From contig CAZOFP010000002.1 in NCBI GenBank assembly GCA_964579475.1, positions 8,507 through 59,691 of the forward strand: 51,185 bases of DNA, read 5' to 3'. The position numbers and the translations under genes were made by a program. This stretch comes from an uncultured Candidatus Saccharibacteria bacterium. Lineage in GTDB: Bacteria > Patescibacteriota > Saccharimonadia > Saccharimonadales > CAYOYH01. Below are positions 19,244-30,223 of the stretch, in pieces. The notes under the pieces are model-generated. The model was not told the origin of the DNA, searched no databases, and saw nothing but the letters and a program-made list of their open reading frames with translations. Position 1 is the first letter of the stretch. The number at the start of each line of letters is the position of its first letter.

Positions 19244-21901
19244 CTATATTTCACCCCAATTTTTACCAATGTCGGTATCTACTTTTAGCTTCACGTCCAA
19301 TTTATAGGCATTTTCCATAACGTTAACTAGCTGCGCAGCCACACCCTCAGCCTTGTCTTCCGGACATTCAACAATCATTGAGTCGTGTATTTGTAACAAA
19401 ATTTTACAATCCGCATCGAGTATTTTGTCGGCTTGAATCATCGCCAGTTTCATAATATCCGCAGCAGTGCCTTGTATGGGCATATTGATCGCAGCTCGCT
19501 TAGCTGCCTCGCGTACAATGAAATTGCTTGAGTTTACATCGGGAGTGGGTCGCCTTCTGCCAAGTAGAGTCTCAACGTATCCTTCGGTTTTAGCTTGTTC
19601 GCGAAGTCCGTCCAGGTAAGTTTTGAGATCCGAGCGCAATTCGAAATACCTATCAATAAAATCTTTCGCTTCCTGAAAATCCATGCCAGTGCCTTCGCTT
19701 AGACCATGCACGCCTTGTCCATACATCACACCAAAGTTTACTGCTTTAGCCGAATACCTCTGTTGTTTAGTGACTTCAGACTCGGCTATACCATACATAT
19801 GCGCCGCTGTTTGAACATGTATATCAACGTCCTGGTTAAAGGCTTCAATCATCCCCTTGTCTCCAGCCAGCACTGCCGCAATTCTAAGCTCAAACTGAGA
19901 GTAATCTGCAGTCACGAAAACATTCCCTGTGTCAGCTACGAACGCCCTGCGAATTTTACGACCCATCTCGCCTCGAACCGGAATGTTTTGCAGGTTCGGA
20001 TCGTGCGAACTAAGACGCCCCGTCGAAGTCGTAGTTAGGCTAAACGTTGTGTGTAGCCGACTTTCTTCGTCTGTTAGCTTCGGAAGTGCATCGACATAGG
20101 TGTTCTTTAATTTGGTCAGCTCCCTGTATTTGGATATGTGTTTAATTATCTGATGCTCGTCGGTTAGTTTGGCGAGTTCGCTTGCCGCAGTAGAATATCC
20201 GGTTTTGGTCTTCTTGATAGCCTTTGAGGGTAATTTTAAGTCGTCAAACAAAATGACGCTCAATTGTTTCGGTGAGGCAATGTTGAACTCTTTTTCAGCA
20301 TACCCATAGATCGATTGTTCGATGTCAGATATCAAACCACCAAGTTCTTTCGACATCTTCTTGAGGTAACCGGTGTCGAGGAGAATCCCCGTATCTTCCA
20401 TCTTGGCAAGCACGCTAATAACTGGCCATTCGACGTCTTTGGCTAGTTTCGACACTTTCGGCAGTAATTTTAGGTCATTAATCTGAGAGGCGTATACTGC
20501 CCATATTGCACTGCATATTATCGGAGCTTTTACCTCGATATCTTCTGGTGGCAACGAGTCAATGTCAGGTCCTCGGTAGTTAAGTTCTGTCCTCGCCAGT
20601 GTATCTAGCGACTTTTCTTTCTCGAGCGAATTAATCAAAAATGCTGCAACTTTGGTGTCGTGCCCCACGGGTCCGGCTACCACTCCGTCCACGGCAAAAG
20701 CTTTGATAAAGCGTTTCAAATCATGCCCAATTAGTTCAACATTACCAGCTTCTAAATGAGGTTTTAATTTCTTGGCGACATCATTGGAACTTAAAGCCGC
20801 GCTATAATCGAAAAGTATTGTCTCCTTAGTACTGGGACTTATCAGTGTGCTACCAGGTTTTAAGCCTTTGCTGTCCCATTTTACATTGTGAACCACTAAA
20901 TATTTGCCAACCTCAAACTGCAGGGCGTTGAGTGCCTTCTTATCACGAATTACTATTGTCTTCATAGATTTCCCAAGCTCTTCATTTTGGCTTGCCCTTT
21001 CAATGTCTTTTTCAGCTATAGCCATGCTTTTTGGCAGTTGCCGAAGTAAGGTTCTAAAGTTGAATCTCTCAAATACGTTCTTTACCTCTGTTGGGTTAAG
21101 GTTCTCAATTGCTGCCGCTTCAAAGTCTAGCTTTAGTGGCACATCGCTGTCTAGCGTGACCAGTTGTTTGGTCAAGTAGGCCATTTTCTTATCTTTTTCG
21201 AGCTTAGTCCGCAAACTTGGCTTGATATCGTTTAGGTGTTCGTAGACTTCGTCGATGCTCCCGTAGTCATTTATGAGCGTTGTCGCAGTCTTTTCACCAA
21301 CACCTGCTACGCCAGGAATATTATCACTGGGGTCTCCTCGCAAAGATTTGTAGTCAATGAATTCGGCTGTGGTCATACCCATAACCTCTTGTAGGTGTTT
21401 CCTATCAAAATTCTCTACATTGGTTAGGCCTTTTTTTAGTATGGCGACCGTTACGTCGTCCGTTGCAAGCTGCAATACATCTTTGTCGCTAGTAATAAGG
21501 ATCGATTCAATACCTTTATCGCTTGCCTGCTTTGCAAAAGTTCCCATGATATCGTCGGCTTCATGATCGTCTATTTCATATAGCGGCCAACTAAATGCTC
21601 GAAGCATTTCTTTGAGAAGTGGTATTTGCACGTAGAAATCAGGCGGTGCTGGCTTTCTGTTGGCTTTGTACTCTGGGTAGAGTTCACGTCGTCTGCGAAT
21701 GTTTGTTTTTGCTTTATCCCAAGCAACGCAAACATAGTCTGGGTTCATTTTCTTCACAATCTCCAGTGCCATCATCGCAAATCCATAGACACCGCCAGTC
21801 GGTGTTCCATCTGGCGCGGAGAGATTTGGCATAGCATAATACCCTCGATAGAAAACTGATTTGCCATCAATAACAACTAGTCGCTTTTTCGCCTCTGCCA
21901 T
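19244..21901 (-). CDS. polA: DNA polymerase I
   Basis: 5'-3' exo (IDGKS, EADD, GDPSDNIPGV), TGRLSSHDPNLQNIP, ADYSQFELR, AKAVNFG, QIHD. Confidence 0.98.
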   Translation of the reverse strand: MAEAKKRLVVIDGKSVFYRGYYAMPNLSAPDGTPTGGVYGFAMMALEIVKKMNPDYVCVAWDKAKTNIRRRRELYPEYKANRKPAPPDFYVQIPLLKEMLRAFSWPLYEIDDHEADDIMGTFAKQASDKGIESILITSDKDVLQLATDDVTVAILKKGLTNVENFDRKHLQEVMGMTTAEFIDYKSLRGDPSDNIPGVAGVGEKTATTLINDYGSIDEVYEHLNDIKPSLRTKLEKDKKMAYLTKQLVTLDSDVPLKLDFEAAAIENLNPTEVKNVFERFNFRTLLRQLPKSMAIAEKDIERASQNEELGKSMKTIVIRDKKALNALQFEVGKYLVVHNVKWDSKGLKPGSTLISPSTKETILFDYSAALSSNDVAKKLKPHLEAGNVELIGHDLKRFIKAFAVDGVVAGPVGHDTKVAAFLINSLEKEKSLDTLARTELNYRGPDIDSLPPEDIEVKAPIICSAIWAVYASQINDLKLLPKVSKLAKDVEWPVISVLAKMEDTGILLDTGYLKKMSKELGGLISDIEQSIYGYAEKEFNIASPKQLSVILFDDLKLPSKAIKKTKTGYSTAASELAKLTDEHQIIKHISKYRELTKLKNTYVDALPKLTDEESRLHTTFSLTTTSTGRLSSHDPNLQNIPVRGEMGRKIRRAFVADTGNVFVTADYSQFELRIAAVLAGDKGMIEAFNQDVDIHVQTAAHMYGIAESEVTKQQRYSAKAVNFGVMYGQGVHGLSEGTGMDFQEAKDFIDRYFELRSDLKTYLDGLREQAKTEGYVETLLGRRRPTPDVNSSNFIVREAAKRAAINMPIQGTAADIMKLAMIQADKILDADCKILLQIHDSMIVECPEDKAEGVAAQLVNVMENAYKLDVKLKVDTDIGKNWGEI

Positions 21902-21955
21902 AATACGATTATACCTTCTATGCACCTCCATTACACTCCGTGTATACTCGTTGCA

Positions 21956-22528
21956 ATGAAAGATGCGAAAATCATTGCCATCGTTGGTATGCCTGGAAGC
22001 GGTAAGGGAACAGTTTCTAGTGAATTAGAAAAACAAGGATATCCAGTAATCCACTTCGGGAATATGGTCTACGAAGAGGTTGAAAGAAGGGGTTTAGATA
22101 TAATCAAGGCCGAAACAATCGTTCGCCATGACATGCGACGCCTTGAAGGACCAGCAGTACTCGCAAAACGCGTTTCATCAAAAGTAGACGAACTCCTAGC
22201 AACCGATGAAAAAGTAATCGTTCTCGATGGTCTCTATACTTGGACTGAATATAAATATCTCGCAGCCAAATACGGAGAACAGCTTATAGTTGTTGCTGTG
22301 GTAGCGCCAAAAAGAACACGTTGGAAACGAGCCAGTGAACGAAAAGATAACCGCAGAAAATATACTATTGAAAATGTTATCGCTAGAGAGATTGACGAAA
22401 TAGAAAACATGGAGAAAGGTGGACCAATTGCCTATGCCGATTGGTACATCAATAATAGTGGTTCAATGAAAGAATTCCTTGTAAAGATAAAGACTACCTG
22501 TAAAAAGCTTGGCGTGGATATTACTTAA
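21956..22528 (+). CDS. P-loop nucleoside/nucleotide kinase (dephospho-CoA kinase-like, UPF0200/AAA family)
   Basis: [25 protein letters not shown]. Confidence 0.8.
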   Translation: MKDAKIIAIVGMPGSGKGTVSSELEKQGYPVIHFGNMVYEEVERRGLDIIKAETIVRHDMRRLEGPAVLAKRVSSKVDELLATDEKVIVLDGLYTWTEYKYLAAKYGEQLIVVAVVAPKRTRWKRASERKDNRRKYTIENVIAREIDEIENMEKGGPIAYADWYINNSGSMKEFLVKIKTTCKKLGVDIT

Positions 22529-23630
22529 TATAATCGTGTAGTTTTTTAGAGTCTTTGTGTTTGCGTAGCTTCACTAATGACTTAGCTTCAATCTGTCTTA
22601 TTCGTTCGCGGGTAACACTAAACTCCTGACCAACTTCTTCGAGCGTATGGCTTTTGCCATCCTCAAGTCCAAATCGCATTTTTAGTATCTTTTGCTCTCG
22701 CTCGGTTAGTATGCCGAGTACTTTTGTTACGTGTTCTTTGAGTAGCTGCGTGGTAGCAGATTCATCTGGACTTGGCGTGTCTTCGTCTTCAATGAAATCA
22801 CCAAGCACAGAGTCTTCCTCGTCATCTCTAACAGATGCATCAAGTGAACTAATGTCCTGTTTAATCTTCATAATGTGCTCGACCTTGTCGATGTCTATCT
22901 CCATTTCTTTAGAGATTTCCTCGTGTGTTGGTTCACGGTTCAGCTCCTGAGTTAAACGACGCTGGGTTCTGAGTAATTTATTTATCGTCTCAACCATGTG
23001 AACTGGAATTCGAATAGTTCTAGCTTGATCGGCAATCGCTCGGGTAATGGCCTGTCGAATCCACCACGTTGCGTAGGTAGAAAACTTAAAACCTTTAGAT
23101 GGGTCGAATTTCTCGACCGCTCGCAGTAGTCCTGTATTTCCTTCTTGGATTAAATCCAAAAGGTCTAGCCCACGACCAACGTAGCGCTTAGCAATAGAAA
23201 CAACCAGTCGCATGTTTGCCTCGGCCATCTCGTCCTTTGCTTTCTTTTCACCATCAATCACTCGGTTTGCTATCTCTATTTCCTGCTCAGCGGTAAGCAG
23301 TGGAATTTTGCCTATTTCACGAAGATAAAGTCTGACTGAATCATCCGCCACATCATCAACAAATGCTGCGGCTTTTTCATTAGCTTGTTTAACTTCCTCT
23401 GACTCTTCTTCTTCGATACTTAGAATCTCGACATTTTCGTCGGCAAGTTCTGAATATAAAACATCAAGCATCTCGGCATTCTCAGTTGTATCCGAAATCT
23501 GAGCAAATATCTCCTGCTGATCGATGTAGCCTTTTTTCTTTGCGCCTTTCAGTAGCTCGGCTTTTATGTCTGCAAGAGCTTCAAAGCTAATACCTTTTTT
23601 TCTTCTAGTTCGTCTTTTCCTTGGCTTCAA
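22521..23630 (-). CDS. rpoD: RNA polymerase sigma factor RpoD
   Basis: [45 protein letters not shown]. Confidence 0.98.
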   Translation of the reverse strand: MKPRKRRTRRKKGISFEALADIKAELLKGAKKKGYIDQQEIFAQISDTTENAEMLDVLYSELADENVEILSIEEEESEEVKQANEKAAAFVDDVADDSVRLYLREIGKIPLLTAEQEIEIANRVIDGEKKAKDEMAEANMRLVVSIAKRYVGRGLDLLDLIQEGNTGLLRAVEKFDPSKGFKFSTYATWWIRQAITRAIADQARTIRIPVHMVETINKLLRTQRRLTQELNREPTHEEISKEMEIDIDKVEHIMKIKQDISSLDASVRDDEEDSVLGDFIEDEDTPSPDESATTQLLKEHVTKVLGILTEREQKILKMRFGLEDGKSHTLEEVGQEFSVTRERIRQIEAKSLVKLRKHKDSKKLHDYIK

Positions 23631-25372
23631 TTTCTTTCTCCTTTAAGCATCTCGCTGTATTTAGCTAATAATTTCTTCGCTCGCTCGGATTCGCCACTCT
23701 CTTCGAGTAGTCGAATCTTTTCGGTAAGCTCTTTTCGTTGTTTTTGTATGTTGTCTTGTTCGGCGCGGCGGGCGAGTCCGATAGCTTCCACTGTTCTATC
23801 TGACGAACTCCAGTCCCCGTACAATTCCTGCGCTTTCAGTGCAAGAATTTTTACATAATTATCTAAGGAGTGCAACTCCTGTTCGTGTGAACGAAATGGA
23901 TTCGAGCCAAGTCTCTGAATCAGTTCAAACATTTCACGTCTTTGGGCTCCGTCCAAAAACTCTATGGAAAGCTTTTTAAGGCTTACCCTGCCTTCAGGGA
24001 AATATAAGCATATAGCTAGTAGATTATCCTGATACGTATACTGGTCTGGTCCAGTTTTTTGCATGTCGCTCCGCATACGTTTCTTCGGTGAGATTGTCGA
24101 TTTCATTTTAGAGGTATTAGCAAGTTTAGATTTAACCGCATCATAGGATGTGCTGGTAGCTTTGGCGAGTTCACCTAGGTAATGATCTTGCTCAACGGAA
24201 TCATCAAGCATACTTAGTATTTTTAGAAATTTAGTCGTCATCTCTCTTTTGCCCTTTGCTGACTTAACGTCGTACTGCGATTCGTATCTTTTTATCAGCC
24301 AGTCCAGGGCATACTTCTGACTGTTAATCGCCTCCTTCCACAGCTTGGGGTCTCGACGAACTAGCTCATCCGGGTCTTTACCTTCTGGTATATCTATGAC
24401 GTAGAGGTTAACTTCTAACCCCTGTGACATCTCAATTGCTCGTTCAGTAGCGCGTATGCCGGCGGCGTCTTGATCAAAAGCCAGTCTTACTTCATTCCCG
24501 AGTCGACTCAGCATTTTAAGTTGCTGAGTGGTCAAAGCTGTACCCGCGGTCGCAACTACATTTTTTACACCGGCTTGATGCGATGAAATTACGTCAAGAT
24601 TACCCTCGACCATGACCGAAAATTTACTTGTGCGTATAGCTTCTTTGGCTTCGTGAAGTCCGAAAACGTGACGGCTTTTGTCGTAGACCAATGTTTGTGG
24701 CGTATTGATATATTTGGGTGCATTCGGGTTGTCTGCAAGCAACCTAGCTGTAAAGCCAATAACTCGCCCTTCTCTGTCTGTGAGCGGAATCATGATCCTG
24801 CCTCTGAACATATCGCTAAGTCCACCTCGCCGAGAAGACGTCAGCCCAGATGCTTTAATGTCAGATTCGTCGTAGCCTTTTTTCCTGAGGAACTTAGTTA
24901 GTGCTGTTCCGGTGTTCGGTGCATAACCAAGCCTAAACTCCTTAACTGTTTTCTTGTTAAAACCACGAGTTTTAACAACGTAGTCCAACGCCGTTTTATT
25001 CTTGACCAATGTCTGCTGGTAATACGTAGCTGAAATGTCTAGGATTTCGTAGATTTTCTTCTTGGTCTTTGCCGTCTTGCCGCCATCTCCGTATTGTTTT
25101 ATCTCAACTCCAGCTTTTCTGGCCAATATATTTAGTGCTTCACGAAAATCCACACCTTCCATCTCCATAACAAAGGTAAAGATGTCGCCGCCTTTATTAG
25201 AAGAAAAGTCGTGCCATATCTGTTTTTCTGGACTAACCACAAAGCTCGGTGTCTTTTCGTTGGTGAACGGCGATAAGGCCTTGAAGCTTCTGCCCGCCTT
25301 CTTTAGCTCCAGGTACTGGCCAACTACATCCTCAACACTAAGTCGCGCTTTAACCTCATCTTTTGCATCCAT
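23627..25372 (-). CDS. dnaG: DNA primase
   Basis: [40 protein letters not shown]; upstream of rpoD. Confidence 0.97.
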   Translation of the reverse strand: MDAKDEVKARLSVEDVVGQYLELKKAGRSFKALSPFTNEKTPSFVVSPEKQIWHDFSSNKGGDIFTFVMEMEGVDFREALNILARKAGVEIKQYGDGGKTAKTKKKIYEILDISATYYQQTLVKNKTALDYVVKTRGFNKKTVKEFRLGYAPNTGTALTKFLRKKGYDESDIKASGLTSSRRGGLSDMFRGRIMIPLTDREGRVIGFTARLLADNPNAPKYINTPQTLVYDKSRHVFGLHEAKEAIRTSKFSVMVEGNLDVISSHQAGVKNVVATAGTALTTQQLKMLSRLGNEVRLAFDQDAAGIRATERAIEMSQGLEVNLYVIDIPEGKDPDELVRRDPKLWKEAINSQKYALDWLIKRYESQYDVKSAKGKREMTTKFLKILSMLDDSVEQDHYLGELAKATSTSYDAVKSKLANTSKMKSTISPKKRMRSDMQKTGPDQYTYQDNLLAICLYFPEGRVSLKKLSIEFLDGAQRREMFELIQRLGSNPFRSHEQELHSLDNYVKILALKAQELYGDWSSSDRTVEAIGLARRAEQDNIQKQRKELTEKIRLLEESGESERAKKLLAKYSEMLKGERN

Positions 25373-25460
25373 GCCTATAAGTTTAACCTTGAACCCGTCA
25401 AAGAGAAAAGATAAGCAAATTCATTCCAAATATATTGCTTATGCCTTTATACTTACTCTC

Positions 25461-26033
25461 ATGCAACCCGAACAACCGATTCAACCAATCTATTCACCCC
25501 CGCCAATGCAAAATAACACTGATGGATTTACCCTAAAGCAAAAAAGAATAATGCTCGGCACCGGTATACTAGTGGCGCTTTTTATCTTCATGATGATTTT
25601 TGCAGCGATCTTTGGAGGGCAAAAAAGTGCCACCGAAATTACCTTGACATCTGTTTCTGCACGTAACATTGAAGTATTAAGGTTAATCGAAGAGCTCGAG
25701 CCTGAGCTCACCACAACCGCCGGAAAAACATACGCTACCCAGGCAAAAATACTTCTAACAAGTGACGCTTTGGCAATTTCAAACTACACACTCAGCGTTT
25801 ACTCCAGCACGTACAGCGCGAAGCAGCTTGAAGATACCGAAATAACTTCTACTATCGCCAAGCTGACAGATAGGACTAATCAAAATGATTTCGACACAGT
25901 TTTCATCGATTCGATTCGTTTTGAGCTGAAGTTAAATGAAGCATTACTTGAGCAGCTGAACCCAGAGACCCAGCCCGAGCAGCTAAAGGAAATAACCAGT
26001 ACCGCGATAGCTAATTACGCTAGTTTACTTTAA
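25461..26033 (+). CDS. Hypothetical single-pass membrane protein
   Basis: Start refined to ATG 25461 (upstream part of the track ORF is antisense to dnaG); one hydrophobic segment followed by a helical domain. Confidence 0.75.
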   Translation: MQPEQPIQPIYSPPPMQNNTDGFTLKQKRIMLGTGILVALFIFMMIFAAIFGGQKSATEITLTSVSARNIEVLRLIEELEPELTTTAGKTYATQAKILLTSDALAISNYTLSVYSSTYSAKQLEDTEITSTIAKLTDRTNQNDFDTVFIDSIRFELKLNEALLEQLNPETQPEQLKEITSTAIANYASLL

Positions 26034-26387
26034 CTTTCCTTGTAGTTTTTCTTGGACGTTTTTGAGCAAGCTTTTTACTACCAAATCATACGAATGATTA
26101 ATTAGGTCGACAACTTCATCGTCGCTAAGCTGGCCACTTAGAACTACTGTAATCCAGTGTTTTTTGTTCAGGTGGTACCCTGGTAGAACTGACTCGTATT
26201 TTTCCCGCAATACTTCCGAGAGCTGTGGGTCGCATTTCAGGCTAATGTTTAGCGGCTGAGTACCTTCAGCAATTAAGGCAAACATCTTTTCGTGAACTTT
26301 GTATGTTGCGGCAGTCTCATTAAACGGATAATCTAGGCGGGTGCCGGGTTTTGCCAGTATTATATCTTCTAGTTCTTTTTGCTTCAT
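26025..26387 (-). CDS. MmcQ/YjbR family DNA-binding protein
   Basis: YKVHEKMFAL, LKCDP, PGYHLNKKHW, SYDLV. Confidence 0.93.
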   Translation of the reverse strand: MKQKELEDIILAKPGTRLDYPFNETAATYKVHEKMFALIAEGTQPLNISLKCDPQLSEVLREKYESVLPGYHLNKKHWITVVLSGQLSDDEVVDLINHSYDLVVKSLLKNVQEKLQGKLK

Positions 26388-26391
26388 AGGC

Positions 26392-26618
26392 TTAGTATCA
26401 AGCAGTAAGTATTAAGTATCAAGTGCTAACAACATCGTAATTTTACTTTTCCGTAGGCTCAACAATCACTAAAACATATACAACATAGTCATATAATTAA
26501 TCATATAATTTATAGGATATTCCCCTGTTAATAACCGTAACTTGACACCTAACATGGTTATATAGTTTTTCTATAACTCTTTTATGCTTGCTACTTAGTG
26601 CCTAATACTTAATACTGC
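26392..26618. repeat. Inverted pair of heptamer arrays (YAAGTAT x5 at 26392-26426; ATACTTA-like x5 at 26584-26618)
   Basis: ttagtat caagcag taagtat taagtat caagtgc ... atgcttg ctactta gtgccta atactta atactgc. Confidence 0.7.
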
Positions 26619-26625
26619 TTCTCAT

Positions 26626-27600
26626 ATGGTCTATATACTTTTCGTGCTGGGGTTTTTCGCACTGATTTTCGGAGCTGAATGGCTGGTCGACGGTGCTTCC
26701 AAGCTGGCCGAGAAAATTGGCGTTTCTGAACTAATCGTTGGACTAACTATTGTCGCCTTCGGAACCAGTCTTCCGGAACTTATTGTCAACCTATTTGCCA
26801 TAGGTGAAGGTGCCGACGCCTTAGCAGTCAGTAATATTTTGGGCAGCAATATCGCTAATACTCTACTAGTTCTTGGGGCAGCTGCGGTTATTGCCCCACT
26901 GGCAGTGCACCGCGCAGTAGTTTGGCGTGAAGTTATATTTGGTATCTTCGCTGCCGTGATGCTCGGCGTATTGGTGGCCGATAACCTGCTCGGTAATTCA
27001 TCTGGTTTCGTAGGACTTAGTAGGATTGACGGCTTGGTACTCATCTCTTATTTCATAATTTTTCTCTACTACACTTTCCGTAGAACTATTACAGCTAACA
27101 AACCAGAAAAGTCTGCCGACGAGAAAAAAACAATCTCTCAGATAAAAGTGTTCCCTACTCTTCTAAAGATAGTCGTCGGTTCTGTTGGTCTTTTCCTGGG
27201 TGGTAAATGGATTGTTGAAGGCGCTGTCAGCGTGGCTAGTAGTCTAGGAGTTAGCGACGCTTTGATTGGTATGACTATCGTTGCCATTGGCACCAGTTTA
27301 CCCGAATTAGCAGCGTCCATATCAGCGGTACGTAAAAAGAAAGTCGATATCGCTATTGGTAATGTTGTCGGCTCAAATCTCTTCAATATACTCTGGGTGT
27401 TGGGGTTTGGCGCTTCTCTTTCATCGCTAACTTTCGAGCCACAGCAAGTTTTCGATGTTGGTATTGTCATCGCCGTATCAATAATTCTATTTGCGGCCCT
27501 AACTTTTAGCCGTTATAAACACCAAATAAGTCGTTCCGAAGGTAAACTATTTCTAGCACTCTACGCAGCGTACATAGTTTTTGTGATAATGCGGGGCTAA
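26626..27600 (+). CDS. Calcium/sodium antiporter (CaCA, YrbG-like)
   Basis: Two alpha repeats GTSLPEL..GSNIAN / GTSLPEL..GSNLFN; ~10 TM segments. Confidence 0.93.
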   Translation: MVYILFVLGFFALIFGAEWLVDGASKLAEKIGVSELIVGLTIVAFGTSLPELIVNLFAIGEGADALAVSNILGSNIANTLLVLGAAAVIAPLAVHRAVVWREVIFGIFAAVMLGVLVADNLLGNSSGFVGLSRIDGLVLISYFIIFLYYTFRRTITANKPEKSADEKKTISQIKVFPTLLKIVVGSVGLFLGGKWIVEGAVSVASSLGVSDALIGMTIVAIGTSLPELAASISAVRKKKVDIAIGNVVGSNLFNILWVLGFGASLSSLTFEPQQVFDVGIVIAVSIILFAALTFSRYKHQISRSEGKLFLALYAAYIVFVIMRG

Positions 27601-28187
27601 GACTCCTCTAGAAGCTTGGGTAATTTCTTGAGATAGTAACGCAGTTCCTGGATTGATCCTCGAATGTCGCCGAGTGCTCGATGATCATCAGGTTTTTTAA
27701 AATCCATGCCGTATTTTCCCTGCATTAGTATTTTATAAGCCGTAACGTCAAGCATTCGATAGTGTAGAAGTTTCTCGACATTCGGCCACCAGTTGCGAAT
27801 GAATCTGCGATCCTGATGAATTGAACTACCAGCTAGAACTGCAAGGTTATCAAAATGCTTGCCGATAAGTTTTGCTATTTCAGCCTCTACTTCGGGTTCA
27901 GATCTTCCTGTCGCCACTCTGTCCACTAAGCCATTTTTTGATGCCATGTCATATACCGTACCAATTTTTTGGCGTTTGCCTCCAGGATATTCATACCAAT
28001 CCGATTTTTTTAAACGCTCCATAACCTTAGCTTCTTGAAAAATTACCGCCTCGAAGGTATCTAGTTCTTTAAACTCAAAATCGGTAATCACAATCCCAAC
28101 TTCAAGGATTCTGTCCTGTGCAGGCTCTAGCCCTGTCATCTCCAAATCCATCCAAATCAATTTGGTTGGAAAATTATTTTTAGCCAT
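27597..28187 (-). CDS. orn: Oligoribonuclease
   Basis: WMDLEMTGL, LAGSSIHQDRRF, HYRMLDV, HRALGDI. Confidence 0.93.
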   Translation of the reverse strand: MAKNNFPTKLIWMDLEMTGLEPAQDRILEVGIVITDFEFKELDTFEAVIFQEAKVMERLKKSDWYEYPGGKRQKIGTVYDMASKNGLVDRVATGRSEPEVEAEIAKLIGKHFDNLAVLAGSSIHQDRRFIRNWWPNVEKLLHYRMLDVTAYKILMQGKYGMDFKKPDDHRALGDIRGSIQELRYYLKKLPKLLEES

Positions 28188-28209
28188 TAAATCTTTTCCT
28201 CTAACCGTG

Positions 28210-29400
28210 CTAGTTTAGCAGATTATTGTCTGCGGGCAGTTGTTTCGCGGTTTGTCCCCAGTTCAAGCGAGTTAAGATGCTCTGGTAAATATCGGACGGG
28301 GCTAAACTCGTCACGTAATTAGTATTTAGCGAAGGAACAATCTTGTAGTTAAGTGTAAAATTTGGTTTTTCCAACTTTAAAAGCTTGGCTTGCTCCAAGC
28401 AGTTGTCTTTAAACTCTGTACAGGTTAAGTCTGCCGACAACCACTGAGTGAGTTTATTCCTGTCGCTAACTGAGATCTCTATATCTAGCGCTGCACTGCG
28501 GCGTACTTCAGCATCTTGTTGTTGGTCGAACATGAAGTTGCCCATAGAATACATAATTAATTTGCCCTTATAAACTTCTGTGTTTTGCACCCAATGCGGG
28601 TGCGAAGCTACCACCAAATCCGCACCACGGTCAATCATCCCGCGGTAAGTACCGGTCTTAAACTGATCTGCAGAAGCTACATACTCCTCCCCCATATGAG
28701 GACTGATAATTGTCAAAAAGTACTTCGAATACTGCTTTATTACATCTAACTGATCGGAAGTCGGCAGCTTGAACACATTATGATAGCCGCACATGGCTAC
28801 TGGAAACTCTTCTTTCGTTGTCGAAACAGGTAAATAGCTAATTTCAACCGGCAAACTCACTATTTCGCACAAATCATCAACTACGCTATTTTCAAAATGC
28901 CCATAATACTGGATGTCGTTATCTGCAAGGTACGCCCTTGTCTCGTCCAGGCCAGCTTGACCACCCATGTTGTCGGTGTGATTATTCGCCAAACTAAATG
29001 CATCGAACCACTTTGAAGCTTCTGCCAAAAATTCTGGTCGACAATTAAACGTCAGCGTAGCTTCTTGTTCCTTGGACGTTAGATTGTTATCGGTAATCGG
29101 ACACTCTAGCTGTGCAAACCAGGCGTTGTATTTATCTCTGTCGAAAGTGCTTAGACCAGAGAAAGGATATCCATAGCCTTCCTCGCTAGCCAAAGCTGCA
29201 TCGCGGGCGTATCTCCCCCAGAACACTTCGCCAGTCATTAGCATCTTGCTGCTCATACCTACGGCTATTGGCTTCTGCTCTCTAGCCTCAGGGATTTCTA
29301 AGCCGCCCGTCTCAATTGAAAGAGCAACCGTGAACACTACTAAAATACTAAGCAAACCCAGTAAAAAGATTTTAGCAACTCGACCAATGTCGCGCTTCAT
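28210..29400 (-). CDS. CapA/PgsA-family metallophosphoesterase, membrane anchored
   Basis: LANNH, HMGEEY, SHPHWVQ, YSMGNFMFDQ; N-terminal TM; start refined to 29400. Confidence 0.87.
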   Translation of the reverse strand: MKRDIGRVAKIFLLGLLSILVVFTVALSIETGGLEIPEAREQKPIAVGMSSKMLMTGEVFWGRYARDAALASEEGYGYPFSGLSTFDRDKYNAWFAQLECPITDNNLTSKEQEATLTFNCRPEFLAEASKWFDAFSLANNHTDNMGGQAGLDETRAYLADNDIQYYGHFENSVVDDLCEIVSLPVEISYLPVSTTKEEFPVAMCGYHNVFKLPTSDQLDVIKQYSKYFLTIISPHMGEEYVASADQFKTGTYRGMIDRGADLVVASHPHWVQNTEVYKGKLIMYSMGNFMFDQQQDAEVRRSAALDIEISVSDRNKLTQWLSADLTCTEFKDNCLEQAKLLKLEKPNFTLNYKIVPSLNTNYVTSLAPSDIYQSILTRLNWGQTAKQLPADNNLLN

Positions 29401-29424
29401 AGTTGCATTATAATATAGGTACTC

Positions 29425-30213
29425 ATGCGATTCATAGCTGCCATACCAAACTACAATCACAGTCGGTCCCTGCCGGCACTCCTCGACCAACTACTTAAAG
29501 AAGACTTCGACTCAATTTTTGTTCTAGACGACGCATCGACTGATGACAGCCTAGATGTGCTAAGACCTTACGGGAGCAAAGTTAAAGTCATAAAAGGTCC
29601 TTACAACGTTGGCCCAGGTGGTAACAGAAACCGCATCATCCCCCACTTAAAGCAAGGTGACATCGTTATGTTCGTAGACGCCGATATGCAACTACTCACA
29701 GCCGGCATAAGACCCACAATCATCAGCTTATTTGACGATAACCCCGATGTAGCCATGTTCGGCGGCGGTATTGAGGACAAAAAAGGTTATCCGATGACCT
29801 ACAACTACGGTCTACACCAAAGTCAATTCCGCCACGGCATTGGGTTAACTATAGAGAAAGTTACTAAATTCGTTCATTTTAAATTTTTTGCACAATTAAT
29901 TCGCCCCTTGGCTCTCAAATTCACTTACAATGTTGAGATTTTATTTTTCGAGCCTACCGAGCGTGTAGTTCATGGTTCGGTTTCGGAAGGCCATTTCTAT
30001 ATTCGTGGTGATATCTTTAAAAAACTAAACGGGTTCAATGAGAACCTGCGCTACCACGAGGGTGGAGAGTTTGCTTTTCGCTTGCGTCACGACGGCCATG
30101 TCATCAAATTCACTCCTAAAATCTGGGTAAAACACCTTGAAATTCATCCCAGACAGAAACTTCGCGCTCAAGAGGCGAAAAAACTAGATAAAATTATCGA
30201 TAACGAATCTTAG
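29425..30213 (+). CDS. Glycosyltransferase family 2
   Basis: IPNYN, VLDDASTD, FVDAD, GFNE. Confidence 0.9.
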   Translation: MRFIAAIPNYNHSRSLPALLDQLLKEDFDSIFVLDDASTDDSLDVLRPYGSKVKVIKGPYNVGPGGNRNRIIPHLKQGDIVMFVDADMQLLTAGIRPTIISLFDDNPDVAMFGGGIEDKKGYPMTYNYGLHQSQFRHGIGLTIEKVTKFVHFKFFAQLIRPLALKFTYNVEILFFEPTERVVHGSVSEGHFYIRGDIFKKLNGFNENLRYHEGGEFAFRLRHDGHVIKFTPKIWVKHLEIHPRQKLRAQEAKKLDKIIDNES

Positions 30214-30223
30214 AGGTCAATCA

